Below are positions 27,035 through 35,353 of a stretch of 41,958 nucleotides of DNA, in pieces. The stretch is from positions 1-41,958 of the IMG/VR virus record IMGVR_UViG_3300033555_000010. One strand, 5' to 3'. Under the pieces are notes generated by a model. That model saw only the letters and a list, made by a program, of their open reading frames with translations. It ran no database searches and had not been told where the DNA came from. The DNA comes from a virus. Lineage: Duplodnaviria; Caudoviricetes. Every line of letters begins with the position of its first letter. Position 1 is the stretch's first letter. A program made the translations under genes and the position numbers.

Positions 27035-27351
27035 TGGGGTGCCTTTGGTGCGGCTGCAAGCATGGCTGCGTAAAGATCGCTGTAACCGCGAGGATTTAAC
27101 ATTTCTGCGGCGAAAAGCATGCGCTCTATGGCTTTAACCGGCACGCTTACCCAGCCCTCAGCCTGCTCTGCCTTGGGTTGTGATGCGACAGCAGCTTGCT
27201 CGATGAAGGCTTTAAGGGTCGCAACGGGGCCGTGGGCAACGAATCCAGCCATTCGCGTGAAATCATCCATAGAGTCCAAAGCTTGCAAGGCAATGTAGGC
27301 CGTTACCGGCTTGAGTTCTTTTTTCATATTCACCCTTTGTTGTTGGCTCAT
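27031..27351 (-). CDS. Hypothetical mosaic protein
   Basis: 106 aa; EGWVSVP...YAAMLAAAP module shared with the 457-aa early protein. Confidence 0.65.
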   Translation of the reverse strand: MSQQQRVNMKKELKPVTAYIALQALDSMDDFTRMAGFVAHGPVATLKAFIEQAAVASQPKAEQAEGWVSVPVKAIERMLFAAEMLNPRGYSDLYAAMLAAAPKAPQ

Positions 27352-27746
27352 GCCGGTTCGTATTCAGTTGCTATCTGGTGCATTGCGCAAAAGGCTGTGG
27401 TGTACTCAATCAGGCTGGCGCTTCTGGCTTTGCCCATTGATGCCGTTGATTCGCGGATATTGACAAACTCACCCTCAAGGCCTGGCACGATTTCGCTTCC
27501 GAGCTTGGTTGCGGTGGCATGACCCGAAACCAGCAACACCTTCCATTGATCTCTGGTCCTGGTCTTTCCCGCCCAAACCACTTTTGACCTTGCCAAATCC
27601 GAGCAAAGGGCGTGAAACTTGGCGTTCTGATCTAGGCTGCGGGTAGCCACCCCAATCGTCACGGCGAAGCCTTCTGGCGCGTCTGACAGCGCTTGTTGGG
27701 CGCGTGGGCGTGACACTTTATTGAGTATGAAAATGCGCTTGCTCAC
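27348..27746 (-). CDS. ninB: NinB/Orf-family recombination protein
   Basis: RSLDQNAKFHALCSDLA..W...WK..VPGLEG..ESTASM..LIEY; GTG start at 27746. Confidence 0.88.
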   Translation of the reverse strand: MSKRIFILNKVSRPRAQQALSDAPEGFAVTIGVATRSLDQNAKFHALCSDLARSKVVWAGKTRTRDQWKVLLVSGHATATKLGSEIVPGLEGEFVNIRESTASMGKARSASLIEYTTAFCAMHQIATEYEPA

Positions 27747-27880
27747 GCGCCCCCCTTCCACTGACGCCAGTCGCGATAGGCCAGCGCAGGCGTGTAGCCG
27801 ATACCGCAATATCTGGAGCGGCTGTTAAGCATGGCGCAGTGCCATAGACCACCGATTAGCTTGATGCGTGGACGATTCAT
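27743..27880 (-). CDS. Small hypothetical protein (45 aa; not in ORF track)
   Basis: MNRPRIKLIGGLWHC...GIGYTPALAYRDW; 4-nt overlaps with ninG and ninB. Confidence 0.6.
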   Translation of the reverse strand: MNRPRIKLIGGLWHCAMLNSRSRYCGIGYTPALAYRDWRQWKGGA

Positions 27881-28467
27881 GCTTGGGCCGCTTTCAATTC
27901 TTTGGCTTTTGCCGTGTAGGTCGCTTTAATAGCCTTCAAGTCGTCAATCGTCAACTTTCGCGGCGCTTGGTCGGCCTCTAGTGCTTCGACGGTTTCCAGG
28001 CCGATACGCTGGATAAGACCCGCCCGGTAGCCGACGACATTTCCCGATAAATAGCGGTTGCAGTGCTTTAATTGCGCGTGGCAGTTACGCTCATCAAAAC
28101 GAAGGTGTGGCGAGCTTCCCCGGCTCCTGTAGTGGCCTGCGTCCCATGTGCCACCGATTGAATCGCCGTGGCTTGTCCTGCCGCAGCAAATGCACGGCTG
28201 GCCGCAATCTCTGGCTCTGACGTAGGCGTTAAACGCTGTCTGCGCTTCGGCTATCCACTGCGACCGGTTTTTTTGTGATTCGCGCTTTACCGCATCAGCC
28301 TTGCGCTCTTTGACCAGGGCGACCTTTTCAGCCTTGCCGCGATCCGAGCGGGCTTTTGTCAAGGCACAAAACGGAGAGCAGCAGGTAGCCATCGGTATGA
28401 CAGGTTGAAAGCTGCTGCGGCATACGCGGCAGGTTTTGGCCTTTGGTGCTTTACGTGTGAGGGTCAT
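27877..28467 (-). CDS. ninG: NinG/Rap Holliday junction endonuclease
   Basis: AQTAFNAYVRARD..PCICCG..DAGHYRSRG..LRFDERNCHAQ..CN..LSGN. Confidence 0.92.
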   Translation of the reverse strand: MTLTRKAPKAKTCRVCRSSFQPVIPMATCCSPFCALTKARSDRGKAEKVALVKERKADAVKRESQKNRSQWIAEAQTAFNAYVRARDCGQPCICCGRTSHGDSIGGTWDAGHYRSRGSSPHLRFDERNCHAQLKHCNRYLSGNVVGYRAGLIQRIGLETVEALEADQAPRKLTIDDLKAIKATYTAKAKELKAAQA

Positions 28468-28656
28468 TCAGCGCCACTCCCCGTGTTTTCCACTGTTACC
28501 TGCGCGCCACTGCGCCCAGAAATCCCGCTGCAGTTCTGAATCGGGCCAACGCTTCCAGCCTTGCACGAAGCCTTTGAACCACTGGATGCCTTGCCTGCGT
28601 GCGGCTGCAAGGTAGTGCCTGCACTCGCATTGATGGCGGTGTTCGGCTTCATTCAA
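28468..28656 (-). CDS. Hypothetical protein after DnaB
   Basis: EHRHQCECR...QWRAGNSG..GEW. Confidence 0.65.
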   Translation of the reverse strand: MNEAEHRHQCECRHYLAAARRQGIQWFKGFVQGWKRWPDSELQRDFWAQWRAGNSGKHGEWR

Positions 28657-30004
28657 AACGACTCGCTCTGGCGTTTACGCCTTTTTGCGGCGCTTGGCCT
28701 GACCACTGACCGAAGCGGGTTTGCTCGCCTACGTAGCTCAGGTCGAGATACCCGCAGCGTCCTTGCCGGTTTTTGGCGACTGACAGCTTGGCGTAGTTCT
28801 GCCATTCAAGGCCAAGCTCGGGGTTTGCCATGACGGGCCTCTTGATAAACACGATCACATCCGCGTCCTGCTCGATAGCGCCTGAATCCCGTAGGTCGCT
28901 CATCATGGGCATTTGGTCGGGCCGTTCCTCGCTTTTGCGGTTCAATTGCGCTAGGCAAAGCACACAAATGCCAAGCTCTTTTGCCAAACCCTTTAAGCCC
29001 CGGCTGATTTCCTCAAGCTGGGTATTTCTGTTGGCTTTTTGGTCAAGACCCGACATCAAGCCGATGTAATCGATAACCAAAACATTCAGACCGTGCAAGC
29101 GTTTCAGGTTTCTTGCTTTGCTGCGCACTTGATTGATGTTTAAACCACCTTGGTCGCTGGTGTGCAGGTTCAGCGTTTTAGCGGCCTCTACGCCCTCAAT
29201 AACCCTATCCCATGCCAACCCCTTGCCAAACGCCGGGCGCTTGACTGAGCCAAGACTAACGCTTCCTAGCATGGCTGTCAGGCGGTCATTGACCTCGCTG
29301 TGTGACATTTCCATCGACAACAGCCCAATCGTGTAGTTTTGGGCCATCTGAATGCCGATGGTCAGACCCAAGGCAGTTTTACCCATCGAGGGTCGGGCGC
29401 CAACAATAACCAGCTCGCCGGGACGCAAGCCGCCTTCAAGGTATTCATCAAGGTCGGCCAGGCCGGTTGGCATTGCGGAGTTCTTACCCTCAGCGCGGTC
29501 CTCAAGAATCTGCGTGTGCAGCGTCATACCTTCGTAAGCGCTTACCCAATCGTCACGCGGCGCATCGTCAATCAGTTTGGCAAGCTGGCTTTGTGCTTTG
29601 TCCACACGATCACCGATGCTGGTGCTGTGGTCCTGCGCCAGCTCCATCAACTCGCCGCTGACCGAAAGCAACTGGCGGCTTTTAAAGCGCTCAATCACCA
29701 CTTCGGCGTAACGCTTGAGGTTTGCGGCGCTTGGCACGTACTGCGCCAGCCCATGCACCTCGGCAACGCTTGAGCGATCACCCAGGGCCATTGCGACGGT
29801 TATCACATCGGCTTGCTGCCCGGCGTTTAGCTGGCGGGCAATCTCGGTGAAAACCATGCGGTTGGTTTCGTTGCTGAAATGCTCGGGCTTTAGCTTGTCG
29901 CCGATACGGTCCCAGCTTCCGTTGTCCAGCAGCAGGCAACCGATGACGCTGTTTTCAGCCTCGAGCGAGGTAGCGGCGGCGTTTGCGTGGTGTTCGTTTT
30001 TCAT
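28649..30004 (-). CDS. dnaB: Replicative DNA helicase (phage DnaB-like)
   Basis: EAENSVIG, GARPSMGKT, IDYIGL, QLNR, SDLRDSGAIEQDAD, KNRQG. Confidence 0.97.
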   Translation of the reverse strand: MKNEHHANAAATSLEAENSVIGCLLLDNGSWDRIGDKLKPEHFSNETNRMVFTEIARQLNAGQQADVITVAMALGDRSSVAEVHGLAQYVPSAANLKRYAEVVIERFKSRQLLSVSGELMELAQDHSTSIGDRVDKAQSQLAKLIDDAPRDDWVSAYEGMTLHTQILEDRAEGKNSAMPTGLADLDEYLEGGLRPGELVIVGARPSMGKTALGLTIGIQMAQNYTIGLLSMEMSHSEVNDRLTAMLGSVSLGSVKRPAFGKGLAWDRVIEGVEAAKTLNLHTSDQGGLNINQVRSKARNLKRLHGLNVLVIDYIGLMSGLDQKANRNTQLEEISRGLKGLAKELGICVLCLAQLNRKSEERPDQMPMMSDLRDSGAIEQDADVIVFIKRPVMANPELGLEWQNYAKLSVAKNRQGRCGYLDLSYVGEQTRFGQWSGQAPQKGVNARASRFE

Positions 30005-30891
30005 GCGATCTCTTTTGTTTTTTCAATCACGAAAATCCGGCCTTTTTCTGTCATCAGGAAATCAAGGTCGCATTGCCAGGTGGCGTGGTCGTCGCTTCGC
30101 TTGCGTCGGCCCATCAGAAAGTCGTTGTCCCGCGCTCTTTCGAAAAACTGTTTTGTCCAGTCGATGGCTTCGGTCGAATTTGTTGCACGTGGTGTGCCGT
30201 CGCTGCGTTTGGCTGTCAGTGCAAATTTCCAGAAAGCTGTGATGGCTTTCTTTCTTTTGTCTGGCATCAGCTTTACGGCTGGTAGTTCTGGCAAGGCTTC
30301 GTGATACAGGTCAACGATGGTTTGAGTCGGACAGGTCGGCAGCTTGTCTGGCGACGTATTTGCTGTATCTATCTTCTCTTCTCTTCTCTTCTCTTCTCTG
30401 TGGTTACTAGTTACGTCACGCGTTACGTTATTAGTTACGTTACTTTCAACCGATGATTGGCGCTCTCTATACTCTTTTTGTCGCTGCGCATTTGTCTTTG
30501 CGGTTGCGCATCTTTCATGGCCGGAAGTGTTGTATTCATTGAAGTTTGGCAGTGTTACCGACTGCATTTCGTCGTCGTAAAGCGCCCAGCCAACCGACTC
30601 CATTGCTAGGCCAAAACCAGGTATGCCGGTCATGTCGTCAATATCAGAAAGGTCGGCATTTTTGAATACGCCGTCTTTCGTGTGCTCGTTTGCTGCGCCC
30701 CAAACAACCAATAGTGACGACACCGTTACGTGCCGCATAACGTTACGCGTTACTATTTCCGACATAACGCCGCCGTAACCAGTTGACAACGCTTCACCAA
30801 CGTCTTTGCAACTCTCTAGCTCTCTAGCTATGCCGTTAATTTTTGGGTTTGTTAAAAGCGAGGTGCGCATCTTTATCCAATCGCCTGACAT
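30001..30891 (-). CDS. Replication initiator (lambda O-like)
   Basis: MSGDWIKMR N-terminus, internal REEKRREE, C-terminal FLMG..W..DLDFL; internal iterons; upstream of helicase. Confidence 0.85.
   Translation of the reverse strand: MSGDWIKMRTSLLTNPKINGIARELESCKDVGEALSTGYGGVMSEIVTRNVMRHVTVSSLLVVWGAANEHTKDGVFKNADLSDIDDMTGIPGFGLAMESVGWALYDDEMQSVTLPNFNEYNTSGHERCATAKTNAQRQKEYRERQSSVESNVTNNVTRDVTSNHREEKRREEKIDTANTSPDKLPTCPTQTIVDLYHEALPELPAVKLMPDKRKKAITAFWKFALTAKRSDGTPRATNSTEAIDWTKQFFERARDNDFLMGRRKRSDDHATWQCDLDFLMTEKGRIFVIEKTKEIA
30373..30445. repeat. Putative replication origin: GTTAC(G) iteron cluster plus (CTTCT)5
   Basis: GTTAC at 30403, 30410, 30422, 30434, 30439; second cluster at 30725-30780. 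Confidence 0.6.
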
Positions 30892-30894
30892 AGT

Positions 30895-31011
30895 TCAAAC
30901 CTCCAGCAGCGCTGCCAAACGCTGGCAGGCGGCTTCATATTGAGCGGGTGAGGCATTGGGGTTGTCTTGCAACCAAATCGCCTTGAGCCACTCGTAGTGG
31001 TGGTAGCTCAT
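30895..31011 (-). CDS. Small hypothetical protein (38 aa; not in ORF track)
   Basis: MSYHHYEWLKAIWLQDNPNASPAQYEAACQRLAALLEV; ATGA overlap; ends on the GGAGG RBS of the initiator. Confidence 0.6.
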   Translation of the reverse strand: MSYHHYEWLKAIWLQDNPNASPAQYEAACQRLAALLEV

Positions 31012-31205
31012 GCGGTCAAAACCCTATAGGCTTTGATTCGTTTGCCGTTGGGTAACTGCACCCACTTATCCAGAACCACCACCCCCGCCCGTCGAAGGTC
31101 ACCGCAACGCTGGGACAGTGAAAGGCATCCCGCAAGGTTCAGCGCGTCAACCGGCGTAATCCACTGCTGCTTCAAAACGATCAAAAGGCGGTCTTGCATA
31201 TTCAT
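31008..31205 (-). CDS. Small winged HTH protein (HTH_39-like)
   Basis: ITPVDAL..GCLSLSQR..DLRRAG..V...W..RIKAYR. Confidence 0.75.
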   Translation of the reverse strand: MNMQDRLLIVLKQQWITPVDALNLAGCLSLSQRCGDLRRAGVVVLDKWVQLPNGKRIKAYRVLTA

Positions 31206-31244
31206 GTCACTGTCCCGGTTGTCGGGTAAATCCGACTCTGCTGT

Positions 31245-31469
31245 TTAAACAAAAAAATTGGAGCGCTCAAGCTGTGGTGCTGTAGCGCCTTTGGAAGCGA
31301 TCAAAAGGTTGTCATCAGCGTCCAGGCGATGCGCTGTCATGCCGCTGCCGGTGTAAGTACCGCTAAAAGCGCGTGTCATTGCTGGTGCTGCGCGTGGGTC
31401 TTTGGCGGCGGCGTATTTCAACTGCTCGGCGGCTAAGTGCTGGTTTAGTTCTTTGTAGCTAAATGGCAT
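31245..31469 (-). CDS. Hypothetical protein downstream of cro
   Basis: 74 aa; AAGGA RBS. Confidence 0.6.
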   Translation of the reverse strand: MPFSYKELNQHLAAEQLKYAAAKDPRAAPAMTRAFSGTYTGSGMTAHRLDADDNLLIASKGATAPQLERSNFFV

Positions 31470-31483
31470 GGCGTGTCCTTTGG

Positions 31484-31729
31484 TTAAACGGCTTTGGTTT
31501 TTGCTGGCGCTTTAACGTCGGGCCAAATGAGGTGGCCGTCTTTAGGTCGAAGCTGTGAGCGCTTGACTTGGCCGTTGGTCTGCCGCTCAATGGACAGGCA
31601 AAGTGCCGGGCTAAATGGCGCGTATCCATAAGCGCAATTGGTCAGGTGTCCTACAGACGAACTGGCTTTTTTTGCAAACGATTTACGGTCAATAACCGAC
31701 AACCCGAAAAAGTAACTTTTGAATTCCAT
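31484..31729 (-). CDS. cro: Cro-like repressor (YdaS-type HTH)
   Basis: SPALCLSIERQTNGQVKRSQLRP motif; divergent from cI. Confidence 0.85.
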   Translation of the reverse strand: MEFKSYFFGLSVIDRKSFAKKASSSVGHLTNCAYGYAPFSPALCLSIERQTNGQVKRSQLRPKDGHLIWPDVKAPAKTKAV

Positions 31730-31735
31730 GCTGTC

Positions 31736-31776
31736 ATTACATCAAACAATGAATGAATTGTCAACATTATTTGGTG
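31736..31776 (-). promoter_or_regulatory. pR promoter with two operators
   Basis: TTGACA-N17-TGTAAT; operators CATCAAACAATG (31740-31751) and CATTATTTGGTG (31765-31776). Confidence 0.85.
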
Positions 31777-31802
31777 AAACTTACGTGGCACCCTCGGGCC
31801 GT

Positions 31803-32432
31803 ATGACACTTAAGCTCATCAGGATTCAGCGTTTAAAGCTATTTGCTGCCCAGCGCGGCTACAGCGGCCCGGTTGCGCTCGGCGTAGCTATAGGGAAATC
31901 ACCAAGTCAGGCCAGCGACTTAACTACGGGTAAAGCCTCGTTTGGAGAAAAGGTCGCCCGCTCAATTGAAGAATTCGCTGGCTTGCCAGAAAATTGGCTT
32001 GACAATTTTGGCGAGGAGCGGAATATAGAGGTAGGCCCTGTCCTACGCGGACAGGTTCCAATACTCTCGGAGGTCCAGGCGGGCATGTATAAACAGCAGA
32101 TTGACAACCATCACCCCGGCGATGGCGGTACGGAGCTAATTTCAACCAGCGTTGCCGTAAATCGGTACACTTTTGCGCTGCGCGTACACGGCGACAGCAT
32201 GGAGCCAGAATTCACTGAAGGCATGGTCTTGATCGTTGAGCCAGAGCTAGACCCTTTGCCTGGCGATTACGTGATTGCAAAGAACGGAGAAGAAGAAACG
32301 ACCTTCAAGCAGCTTATAAAAGATGGCGCAGACTGGTATCTCAAGCCTTTAAATTCTCGCTACCCGATAAAGCCACTTGCTGAGTCCTCAATTATTGGCG
32401 TGGTCCGAGCCGTAGAAAAGCGCTACAGGTAA
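31803..32432 (+). CDS. cI: CI-like repressor with S24 autoprotease domain
   Basis: N-terminal HTH, VQAG cleavage site, FALRVHGDSMEP, TFKQL. Confidence 0.93.
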   Translation: MTLKLIRIQRLKLFAAQRGYSGPVALGVAIGKSPSQASDLTTGKASFGEKVARSIEEFAGLPENWLDNFGEERNIEVGPVLRGQVPILSEVQAGMYKQQIDNHHPGDGGTELISTSVAVNRYTFALRVHGDSMEPEFTEGMVLIVEPELDPLPGDYVIAKNGEEETTFKQLIKDGADWYLKPLNSRYPIKPLAESSIIGVVRAVEKRYR

Positions 32433-32454
32433 ACCGGCACACAGCCTTCAAGAC

Positions 32455-32478
32455 AGCCCGCCCAGCGCGGGCTTTTTT
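32455..32478 (+). terminator. cI terminator
   Basis: AGCCCGC-CCAGC-GCGGGCT-TTTTT. Confidence 0.85.
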
Positions 32479-32540
32479 ACGCCTGTACTTTTTCAAAGTG
32501 CAAGTTGTTACTTGAACGCTCAAATATATTTAAGGCTATT

Positions 32541-32581
32541 CATTGAATAGTGTTGACAAATCCTTCACCGTTTGATGTAAT
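32541..32581 (+). promoter_or_regulatory. pL promoter with two operators
   Basis: TTGACA-N17-TGTAAT; operators CATTGAATAGTG (32541-32552) and CACCGTTTGATG (32566-32577). Confidence 0.85.
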
Positions 32582-32718
32582 ACGTTCATCGCAGCAAACA
32601 AGCGAAACGACCCAGCCGGAACGCATACCCGGCTGTTAAAGCCAACCCGAGGGGCGCGGCAGTCTAGGCACTTAGTGCTGATGTTGGTTTGCAATGAGGT
32701 TTAACAACTGGAGCGGAT

Positions 32719-33042
32719 ATGACAACAAAACACACAAAAGGACCTTGGTCTTTTGTACCCAAAATTACTGCCAATGAAAACCATTCGGGCTATTTTGTGC
32801 GGGCAGAAAAAATCAAGACAAATGGAATGTGGTCATTAGCCTTGGTGCAGCCTGGTGATGATGACGGGCTTGTAGGCGAAGCAAACGCAAAACTGATAGC
32901 CGCCGCTCCTGATTTGCTGGCCGCTTGCAAAGCTTTCGTGGCTGTTGACGACACGGGGGTCGGAAGCATTCAGGAAATGATGTCGGACTATGCAGCGGCC
33001 TTGAAAGCCGCCCGTGCAGTCATCGCCAAGGCAACAGCATGA
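32719..33042 (+). CDS. Early hypothetical protein (HTxGPW...ANAKLIAAAPDLL family)
   Basis: Recurrent phage early-gene motif; GGAG RBS. Confidence 0.8.
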   Translation: MTTKHTKGPWSFVPKITANENHSGYFVRAEKIKTNGMWSLALVQPGDDDGLVGEANAKLIAAAPDLLAACKAFVAVDDTGVGSIQEMMSDYAAALKAARAVIAKATA

Positions 33043-33332
33043 CCACCGCAACCGGATCACGATTTACCGCCGTTGGCCTCTACGACTTTGAGGCAGGACA
33101 GGCGCGCATCGCAGCAGCCCACCGCATTGCGCTAGACCGCTCTGATGACTTGACTAAGGCTTTAGCGGTACTGCGGACAACGTGCCTATCGACTGATGAC
33201 GCTGTGCGTGTCCTGCACGCTGTTTCTGCTGGTTTGCTGATTGGCAACCTACACCCCTCGACATGCCAAGCAACCGCCGCCGCTTCGGTTGACGGGCTGG
33301 CTGATGAAATTCAATTTGGAGAAACGCTATGA
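33039..33332 (+). CDS. Hypothetical early protein
   Basis: 97 aa, ATGA-coupled. Confidence 0.65.
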   Translation: MTTATGSRFTAVGLYDFEAGQARIAAAHRIALDRSDDLTKALAVLRTTCLSTDDAVRVLHAVSAGLLIGNLHPSTCQATAAASVDGLADEIQFGETL

Positions 33333-33619
33333 AATTTCAGAATGTGTCTTGCAGTCAGTGCGGTGAGGATTTTGGCCCCGGCGATCACGGCTTTTCTTAT
33401 TGCAAAAACCACCGTAACCGCGTTTTGATAGCGCCGTCAATCAGCGGCATGAGGCTTGCTCGCCGCGCCATCAAGCTGTGGAATTGCGACCTAGTGCCGA
33501 AAGCCACTAACCGCCACAACCAAAAAGCTTGGCTGTCATCTGTGCAGCAGCTTGGCCCCAAGTGGCTGCTTGCCTCACCCGTAACCCGAAAGGCTGGAAA
33601 TGGTACATCGGCTAATTAA
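33329..33619 (+). CDS. Hypothetical protein with N-terminal Zn-binding motif
   Basis: CSQCGEDFGPGDHGFSYCKNH. Confidence 0.65.
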   Translation: MKFQNVSCSQCGEDFGPGDHGFSYCKNHRNRVLIAPSISGMRLARRAIKLWNCDLVPKATNRHNQKAWLSSVQQLGPKWLLASPVTRKAGNGTSAN

Positions 33620-33683
33620 TTACACGCTGTTTATCGGCCTACTCACGGTCATCTATTCCGTGACTTTTGTTAGCGCGCCATGA
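33600..33683 (+). CDS. Hydrophobic micro-protein (27 aa)
   Basis: MVHRLINYTLFIGLLTVIYSVTFVSAP; ATGA-coupled to next ORF. Confidence 0.45.
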   Translation: MVHRLINYTLFIGLLTVIYSVTFVSAP

Positions 33684-33769
33684 CCGCCCTTTTAAACCGC
33701 TTCCTGCCTTTCGTGCTAGTCGCTTTTGCATGGTGCGTGGCCGAGATTGCAGCGAGGTACTGGATATGA
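33680..33769 (+). CDS. Hydrophobic micro-protein (29 aa)
   Basis: MTALLNRFLPFVLVAFAWCVAEIAARYWI; ATGA overlaps on both sides. Confidence 0.5.
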   Translation: MTALLNRFLPFVLVAFAWCVAEIAARYWI

Positions 33770-33867
33770 CCTACACACATTTATGGCGCTGGTATTACAG
33801 CATGGAGCGCCGCTGTGGACGTGGCCGGATTGCATCGGCTTGGCGGGCTACCTGGGGCGCGCTATGA
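33766..33867 (+). CDS. Micro-protein (33 aa)
   Basis: MTYTHLWRWYYSMERRCGRGRIASAWRATWGAL; GAGG RBS; ATGA overlaps. Confidence 0.55.
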   Translation: MTYTHLWRWYYSMERRCGRGRIASAWRATWGAL

Positions 33868-33986
33868 GCAAAGAACAACGGCTAATGCTTGCCTTTGAGT
33901 ACCGGCAATTCAGACGACAGGGCCACGGTCGAATCATGGCCGCTATCAAGGCTTTGAGCGCCGCTTTTGAACCCCTCCCTTTTTAA
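33864..33986 (+). CDS. Micro-protein (40 aa)
   Basis: MSKEQRLMLAFEYRQFRRQGHGRIMAAIKALSAAFEPLPF. Confidence 0.55.
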   Translation: MSKEQRLMLAFEYRQFRRQGHGRIMAAIKALSAAFEPLPF

Positions 33987-33999
33987 CTGGAGTTTTGAC

Positions 34000-34680
34000 A
34001 TGAGCAACGAATTATTAAAGGTCAGTGTTAACGAAAACACCGAGAAAAAGGGCAACCTTACTTACTTGTCATGGGCGTGGGCGTGGACCGAGGTTTTAAA
34101 GGCAGATTCACAGGCTACATGGATTGTGCATACCTACGGGCCACAAGGCGCTGAGCAGCCCTGCATGTGGATTGGCGATACAGCGATGGTGCATACCAGC
34201 GTAACGATCTTTGGCTTGCGCCGTGAGTGCTTGCTGCCGGTGATGGACCACAAGAATAACGCGATGAAAAACCCTGACGCAAGAAAGATCAGCGACGCAA
34301 TCATGCGCTGCATGACCAAGGCCATTTCAATGCACGGCCTGGGTCTTTATATCTACGCTGGCGAAGACTTACCAGAAGGCGATAAACCAGAAGCAGCGCA
34401 AGCCAAGGTGACGGCTATCCCTTCGACGTTTAAAAGCAGCCCGACTATGGGTGTGCTTTCCAGCCTTACACCGGCACGCCAAGCGGTGATTGCTGACTAC
34501 GCAGACTCAATTGGAGACCGCTTTGCCAAAGACGACGTGATTGCCTGCTTTGCGCTTTATTCAGAGCTGGAAGACGCAGAAGAAAAGACCGCGCTCTGGT
34601 CAAAACTCGATAGCAAGTGCCGTGCGGCTATTAAAAAGCACGGCGAATTCCTTAAATCACAACTGAAAGAAGCAGCATGA
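34000..34680 (+). CDS. sak: Sak-like (DUF1071, Rad52 superfamily) ssDNA annealing protein
   Basis: EKKGNLTYLSWAWAW, LPVMDHKN, MRCMTKAISMHGLGLYIYAGED. Confidence 0.88.
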   Translation: MSNELLKVSVNENTEKKGNLTYLSWAWAWTEVLKADSQATWIVHTYGPQGAEQPCMWIGDTAMVHTSVTIFGLRRECLLPVMDHKNNAMKNPDARKISDAIMRCMTKAISMHGLGLYIYAGEDLPEGDKPEAAQAKVTAIPSTFKSSPTMGVLSSLTPARQAVIADYADSIGDRFAKDDVIACFALYSELEDAEEKTALWSKLDSKCRAAIKKHGEFLKSQLKEAA

Positions 34681-34961
34681 GCGATTACGACAACACTGGA
34701 AAAGGCGCGTTATTCAAGAATGACCGCAAGACCGAAGGCGATAAAAAACCGGAATACACCGGCAGTTTAAATGTCGATGGCGTTGAGTTTTTCCTGGATG
34801 CCTGGCTGAAAGTCGGCAAGTCGGGCGTGAAGTTTATGAGCGTGTCCGTTAAACGCAAAGACAAGCAGCCCGAAGCGCCGCAACGCCAGCAGCCAGCGCT
34901 CCAAGCAGCGCCAGGAGGCAGGGGGTTTGACTATGTGGACGATGAATCGATCCCGTTTTGA
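34677..34961 (+). CDS. Putative single-stranded DNA-binding protein
   Basis: GALFKNDRK..PEYTG..AW..KFMSVSV; acidic SSB-type tail DDESIPF. Confidence 0.75.
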   Translation: MSDYDNTGKGALFKNDRKTEGDKKPEYTGSLNVDGVEFFLDAWLKVGKSGVKFMSVSVKRKDKQPEAPQRQQPALQAAPGGRGFDYVDDESIPF

Positions 34962-34962
34962 T

Positions 34963-35154
34963 ATGGCACGCGACAAAGAACAAAGAAAGCTGACACAGAG
35001 CCTGTATTCCAAATCAGCGAATGGTCGCGCAAAGCGAAAACTAGCAACTGCGGCAAGAAAACAAAAGAGTAGCGGCTACAACGTTGAAGTGCTAGTAGTC
35101 AACGCAGTACCGCTAACCAAAGCGCTTGCAACCTGGAAGCCGTTAGTAGCCTGA
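34963..35154 (+). CDS. Small basic hypothetical protein
   Basis: MARDKEQRK... starts right after the SSB-like gene. Confidence 0.5.
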   Translation: MARDKEQRKLTQSLYSKSANGRAKRKLATAARKQKSSGYNVEVLVVNAVPLTKALATWKPLVA

Positions 35155-35353
35155 AACGATTTACAGCCGGAAGCGGCGCGGCAGGATTTATTCACCTGAA
35201 CGCGAGGGTATGTAGTAGTCCCCCAGCTACCTTTTGAAGCAATACCGCAGCGGTCGCATCGCGTACACCGGGGCTTCGCCAGTCTCGTGACTCCAGAGAA
35301 CATGTGTACGGCTGAGTTTCCTGCGGTGATTCTTTTTTGATACAAGGATTGAT

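Noticed and set aside
28464-28652. Alternative-frame ORF MKPNTAIN...
   Set aside because: Overlaps 28468-28656, which looks more protein-like; this frame is low-complexity
30373-30399. (CTTCT)5 as a phase-variable microsatellite
   Set aside because: Encodes the REEKRREEK segment common in phage initiators; reading frame intact
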